From Trichosphaerium sp. ATCC 40318 (lineage: Eukaryota; Protista; Tubulinea): a DNA stretch of 64,000 bases. Location: contig JALMLS010000550.1 of NCBI GenBank assembly GCA_038496445.1, positions 16,941 through 80,940 on the forward strand. The letters run 5' to 3'. Shown piece after piece: positions 61,220 through 64,000 of this stretch. Below the pieces are notes generated by a model. It was not told the origin of the DNA and made no database searches. It saw only the letters and a list, made by a program, of their open reading frames with translations. Each line of letters opens with the position of its first letter. Position 1 is the stretch's first letter. The position numbers and the translations under genes are program-made.

Positions 61220-64000
61220 TTATTATTTTATTATTTTATTTAACGTCAACGGTCTTCCTTTCGGAAAACCTAAGTTCTACTGGTCCACTAGGACACTACA
61301 AGAGGTAAACTCTGAACTTCTAGACGCAGCCAGGTTATTATGGGCGACTGATAAAAAAAGAGGGGGAAAAAACAAGAAAGAATACCAATATACAGAAAAG
61401 GAGACGAGGTGACCCAGAGTTTCTAAACATTGTGAGACCATTATGCCAATAAACTTATAATAGTGAACCATGCTATAACGTAAGCTTCCAACCTAACTCC
61501 TCCTTAAACTAACTTCAACTATAAAAGGGAAGCCCGGTAAGAATAGGAACAAATGTAAAAAAGAGAAATAGAAGAAATTTCAAGATACTAAAGACCTAAG
61601 ATATTTCTAATACTGTCGTTAGCCAATGCAAAAACCCTCGGCCCTAGATAAGCGCCCACCGATTTCTTATATGTGATATCTTTCTTACAACGTGATACAT
61701 ATCTTCTATATAATAATGCAATATAAATACGGTTAATACGTTGTGCCATAAACCTAGCTTTGGGCGTATTAATGGCAAAGGTTTCTCTTATCTTGCTGAT
61801 CAATTCTTCTGTGACCCATCCTTGTGCTTCACGGAAAGATAAATTATGTGTGACGCCCATAAAACCGTAATTGTCAATAAATTTTTCCACCACTGCACCC
61901 AATAAATTTTTTCCAATATACTTATCAACCCAATATTCCTCTTCCATAAGCGAATCTATATTTCTACCTGCTTGAAGAACGCAGAACATAGCGTGTTTAA
62001 CTTTGTATCTGAGTTGGAAGGAGTTCGAAACAAAGTAGTTATCTTTAGTTTTATTTCTGATAAGTGAATAAAAATTGAACTTACGGAATTTTTCCTCAGA
62101 GTCTGGGAATTCTTCGTCAATAGTTTCAGTATATATTCTGGCAATGTGATAAAACAGATGCGTTCTGATATCGAACGGATTGTTTTTACATCTAACGAAA
62201 TGTTGGAAGGTTTCATGAGATCCATCTTGGCACATAGAACAAAAAGGGTTAGGATAATTAATTTTAGTTCTTCTAGCCCATAAGGAGTCACAGACTTTTG
62301 GTTGTCTGTGGAATTTCACACTGTTGAGAAACAGCGCATGTCGCTTGACTCTGAATGCAAAATCTACTATTCTGTCATTTTGCACGTTGGAATAAGAAAT
62401 CTTGGATCGAGCCATATCTAGATTTAATCTATTTCTACCTAGATTACTAGAAACATTGTTAATGAACTTAATTTTTTTTTCTTCTGCAGCTATTTTAAGA
62501 ATTTTCCACGGGTCATGGTATGTAGGAGAGTCTTTTGAATTAACAAGACAGTAGTTACCTGTTCCTATAGGGTGTAGATTAGTACCTAGTAAACATCTAC
62601 CTTCTGCTTTATAGCGCTTATCAGATGCAATCTTATCTGCGTATGCGTTTAAAGCTATACACCATGGAACTAATTGGGCCGAGTACTTTCTAGTGATGTG
62701 TTTAGAAGCTTTAAGTGCTGCTACCTTTTTAGAGCTACTTTCCAGAGTATGACTCGGATACCATATAATGTCAGTAGTACCAATTCTATTATTTATGATG
62801 TCATTTATGCGTTCTAGAGTGTGTGCGTAAGGACTCTTGAATTTTTTAATAGGGAGCCATTTGTCGAATTGTTCGATCCATCTTTTAGAATTTAAAGAGT
62901 CAGTAACTATAATAATAGGTAACTCTTTGGGTGTGATACGAGCTGCCATTTCTATAGCTTCTAGTTCGGCCCCATTTGAATCGTCATGGAATAAAGTATG
63001 AAATTTCAACCATTTGTTTTTGTTGATTGACAACGCTATGCCACTGTACGCAACTCCATCTATAACGCTACCATCCGTTGCAATAATTGACGTACCATTG
63101 ACTTTTGTAGTAATGCTATTAAAAGTAGGCACGCTCATGGGTTTTGCTAGTAAAGACGTTTTACGAATCGAACCTATGTATTTAATATTGTAGTTAGTAT
63201 TATTAGGAGCCTTTTACACGTTTTAAAGTCTGAGGCTACTGATTCACTACCTATTGCACCTTCTTTGCAGTTGAGATTATCTTTGAGAGCTGTCTTTACA
63301 AACGCCTGTGTTTGAGTATCCTCTAATGATAAGAGACCAAAACCTACGTTGCTCGATTGAACTCTCTCATTATGTGCGTTTGTTTGTATTTTAACTTTAC
63401 GCTTTATAATTCTTGTTGCTAAGTTATCCCATTTTTTTAGCCAAACTTTAGGGATGTTGATGACGCTTTGTGTAAATCTAACTTTAGCTTGCTACTTGAT
63501 TAATAATCCTGACTTTTTGGGCTGTAGTAAAGTAATTAGTGTTAACTAAATTAATTACCGTCTTAAATGAGCTTCCTAATTTGGTAAAATGTTCCTTAAA
63601 GTCTAGATTCATGTTAATTAGTATACCAAGGTATTTATACGTTTCATTTGGTTTTCCTATTGGGATTTGACTACCTTTCCAGCGCAATGGTTTATGGTAG
63701 ATTTCTTCAGCTAATTCTTCTTTGTTAGTGAGCAACGATGATTTCTCTGTGTTAATATTAATGTCATAAAAGGAGCAAAAGGAAAGAAGTAGGTCATATA
63801 GTTTATGTAAATCCTCTAAGTTCTCCGCTAAAATCACTAAGTCATCTGCGTAAGCGATTATTGTAACAATTTTACCGTCAGCGCATTTGAAACCTAACTT
63901 ACTTTCTTCCATTTTAAGAACAAGCGAGTTAATAAAGAAATCCCAAATCATTGGTGATATGATATCTCCTTGTCTAGTACCTCTATTAATTCTAATTTCT
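61220..64000 (-). mobile_element. Non-LTR retrotransposon (RT + RNase H + C-terminal Zn finger), frameshifted, 5' part off window
   Basis: RQGDIISP..AYADD..YKYLG (RT). Frameshift near 63485, with the thumb GFGLLSL in another frame. RNase H residues TDGS/AEL/TDS/WYPSH/NAYAD; CSMC..ETFQH..C; (AATAA)n tail at ~61220-61241. Confidence 0.9.

Overview
AT-rich, intron-containing eukaryotic (protist-like, plausibly amoebozoan) DNA. Short GT-AG introns (donors often GTACGT/GTAAGT) fragment most genes, so many ORF-track entries are single exons or antisense shadows. Gene models below were spliced by eye and family assignments are from motif recognition, not searches. The window holds expanded paralog families: four C-type-lectin-like membrane proteins, F-box-like/MORN-variant proteins and four RCC1+SAM-like genes. 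Single genes include a secreted LPMO, a bacterial-type HEIGHLLGF metalloprotease, a TVP38-like protein, a SAP+F-box protein, an SREBP-like membrane-tethered bHLH factor, a BTB protein and a GT23 fucosyltransferase. Mobile DNA includes three MITE families with target-site duplications (3, 8 and 9 bp), a 619-bp retroposon with a 15-bp TSD and a decayed LINE. The most striking feature is a compact five-gene cluster (35329-42214) of signal-peptide-bearing proteins: three canonical DUF2589 paralogs, one highly diverged DUF2589-like protein supported by a shared intron position, and one partner protein. They are arranged around two bidirectional promoters that share motifs. This is a candidate undescribed secreted multi-subunit system (pore, filament or extrusome-like) of possible bacterial origin.
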